Notes under the pieces: generated by a model | What the model saw: only the letters and a program-made list of their open reading frames with translations | What the model was told of the DNA's origin: nothing | The model's database searches: none | Position numbers and translations under genes: made by a program | Source of the DNA: Amoebidium appalachense | Lineage: Eukaryota > Protista > Ichthyosporea | DNA: 64,000 bases | Direction: 5' to 3' | NCBI GenBank assembly: GCA_963693365.1 | Contig: CAVNZM010000014.1 | Location: forward strand, 6,510,001 to 6,574,000 | Shown: positions 62,722 through 64,000 of the stretch, one piece after another | Layout: every line of letters begins with the position of its first letter | Numbering within the stretch: position 1 is the first letter of the stretch

Positions 62722-63691
62722 CGGGGGTACAGCCGGGGTGCACAACCTGAGGGGAGTGTGCAAACATGTCCGGGCACGTGTGTGTGGATTTCCCACCCTG
62801 TAAGGTGGTCAGGCATGTGCATCCGCAGGGGGGCGTTGGGAATGGGGGGAGGGATGGAGGGGACGAGGTGGGATCGTGCGTGGGGGGGTGGGGGTCCATG
62901 TCGCTGAGAACCAATCACGTGGACATATCCGAACCCCCTACACTCTCCTTCTCGGAGGCTCTCTCAGGCTGGCGTATGTTTCTCTATGCAAATATTCAGG
63001 AAGAAAACTATGCTATGAGGCTGAAAATGGAGGCTGGTAGTCGAGCAGGTGGGGGGGAAGGTAGAGGGGAGGGTTATAACATGTCTTTTTTTTTCTTTGG
63101 ATGCGCTCAGTGGGGAATTTCGAATGTTCCAATGGGAGGTCACCTATGATCCTGCCAATGAAACTACCGTGCACAGTACCAAAGTTAAGATATTGAACCC
63201 TACCGCCCATGAACCTTAAGATTCTAGACTCTAACCCCGATTTACCTGTTATCTTAATAGTGAACCACCCCTGTATAACTGTTGTATTTGATTGTTCCCC
63301 GATCATACGAAACATGAGGAACAAATACTTATGAGGGAAGATGGTTGTGCAGGCCCTACACTGAGGCGCAAGAGCCAGAAGTAAGCTTTATTGTTGCTTT
63401 TCCGTAATATTTCAATTTATGACTCATTTTGGGGCAGGGAAGGGCCGGAAGGGGGGGGGGGGGGGGGGTAGATTTGGAGAGGGAGATTGGGGAAGAAGAG
63501 AGCTTGAAAGGGCTCGGAAGTAGCAGAGAGCGGGGAATGAAGGTTGGGTGGGTGGAGGATTGGGGGGGGGGGGGAGGGGGGGAGGGGGGGGAGGGGGGGG
63601 GGGGGAGGGAGAGGGGCAGGGGGCGGGAGGGGGAAGGGGGGGGGGGGGGGGGAAAGGGGGGGGGGGGGAGAGAAAGAGAGAGGAATAGCAG

Positions 63692-63696
<5 letters not shown>

Positions 63697-63785
<89 letters not shown>

Positions 63786-63843
63786 ATACGGAGAGTTAGA
63801 GGGAGGGGGGGGGGGGTTGGGGAGAAGAGAGAGTCTAGTGAAA

Positions 63844-63918
<75 letters not shown>

Positions 63919-63940
63919 CATAACAGAGAGAGAGGGGGGG

Positions 63941-63985
<45 letters not shown>
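63697..63985. repeat. (GA)n microsatellites
   Basis: Directly visible. Confidence 0.95.
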
Positions 63986-63987
<2 letters not shown>

Positions 63988-64000
63988 TTTCTAAAACATT

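Overview
Eukaryotic nuclear DNA, probably a microbial eukaryote (taxon not determinable here). It is saturated with (CA)n/(GT)n and (GA)n microsatellites and long poly-C/poly-G tracts, so most ORF-track entries are repeat translations. Following GT-AG sites and codon phase by hand gives five spliced genes: (1) a FAD-dependent polyunsaturated fatty-acid-isomerase-like oxidoreductase (-), (2) a 10-exon ~360-aa protein with a possible mitochondrial presequence and motifs of T7 gp2.5/NCLDV-type ssDNA-binding proteins (+), (3) a SUC/SLC45-type sugar transporter (+), (4) a 13-exon SRRM1-like PWI/RS splicing factor (-), and (5) a 3-exon 177-aa orphan with three internal repeats (+). Mobile DNA includes a young full-length Ty1/copia element with a half-tRNA-iMet PBS inserted in a G-run, an ISL2EU/Harbinger-like transposase gene, two MITEs, and a ~10-copy 5'-truncated retroposon-like family that lies in C-runs and is sense-oriented in host introns. 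Many introns end in (CA)nCAG or C-runs without a U-rich tract, and several open with complementary (GT)n/G-runs. Seven single-base frameshifts, mostly in homopolymers, look like assembly errors. All family calls come from recalled motifs; no searches were run.
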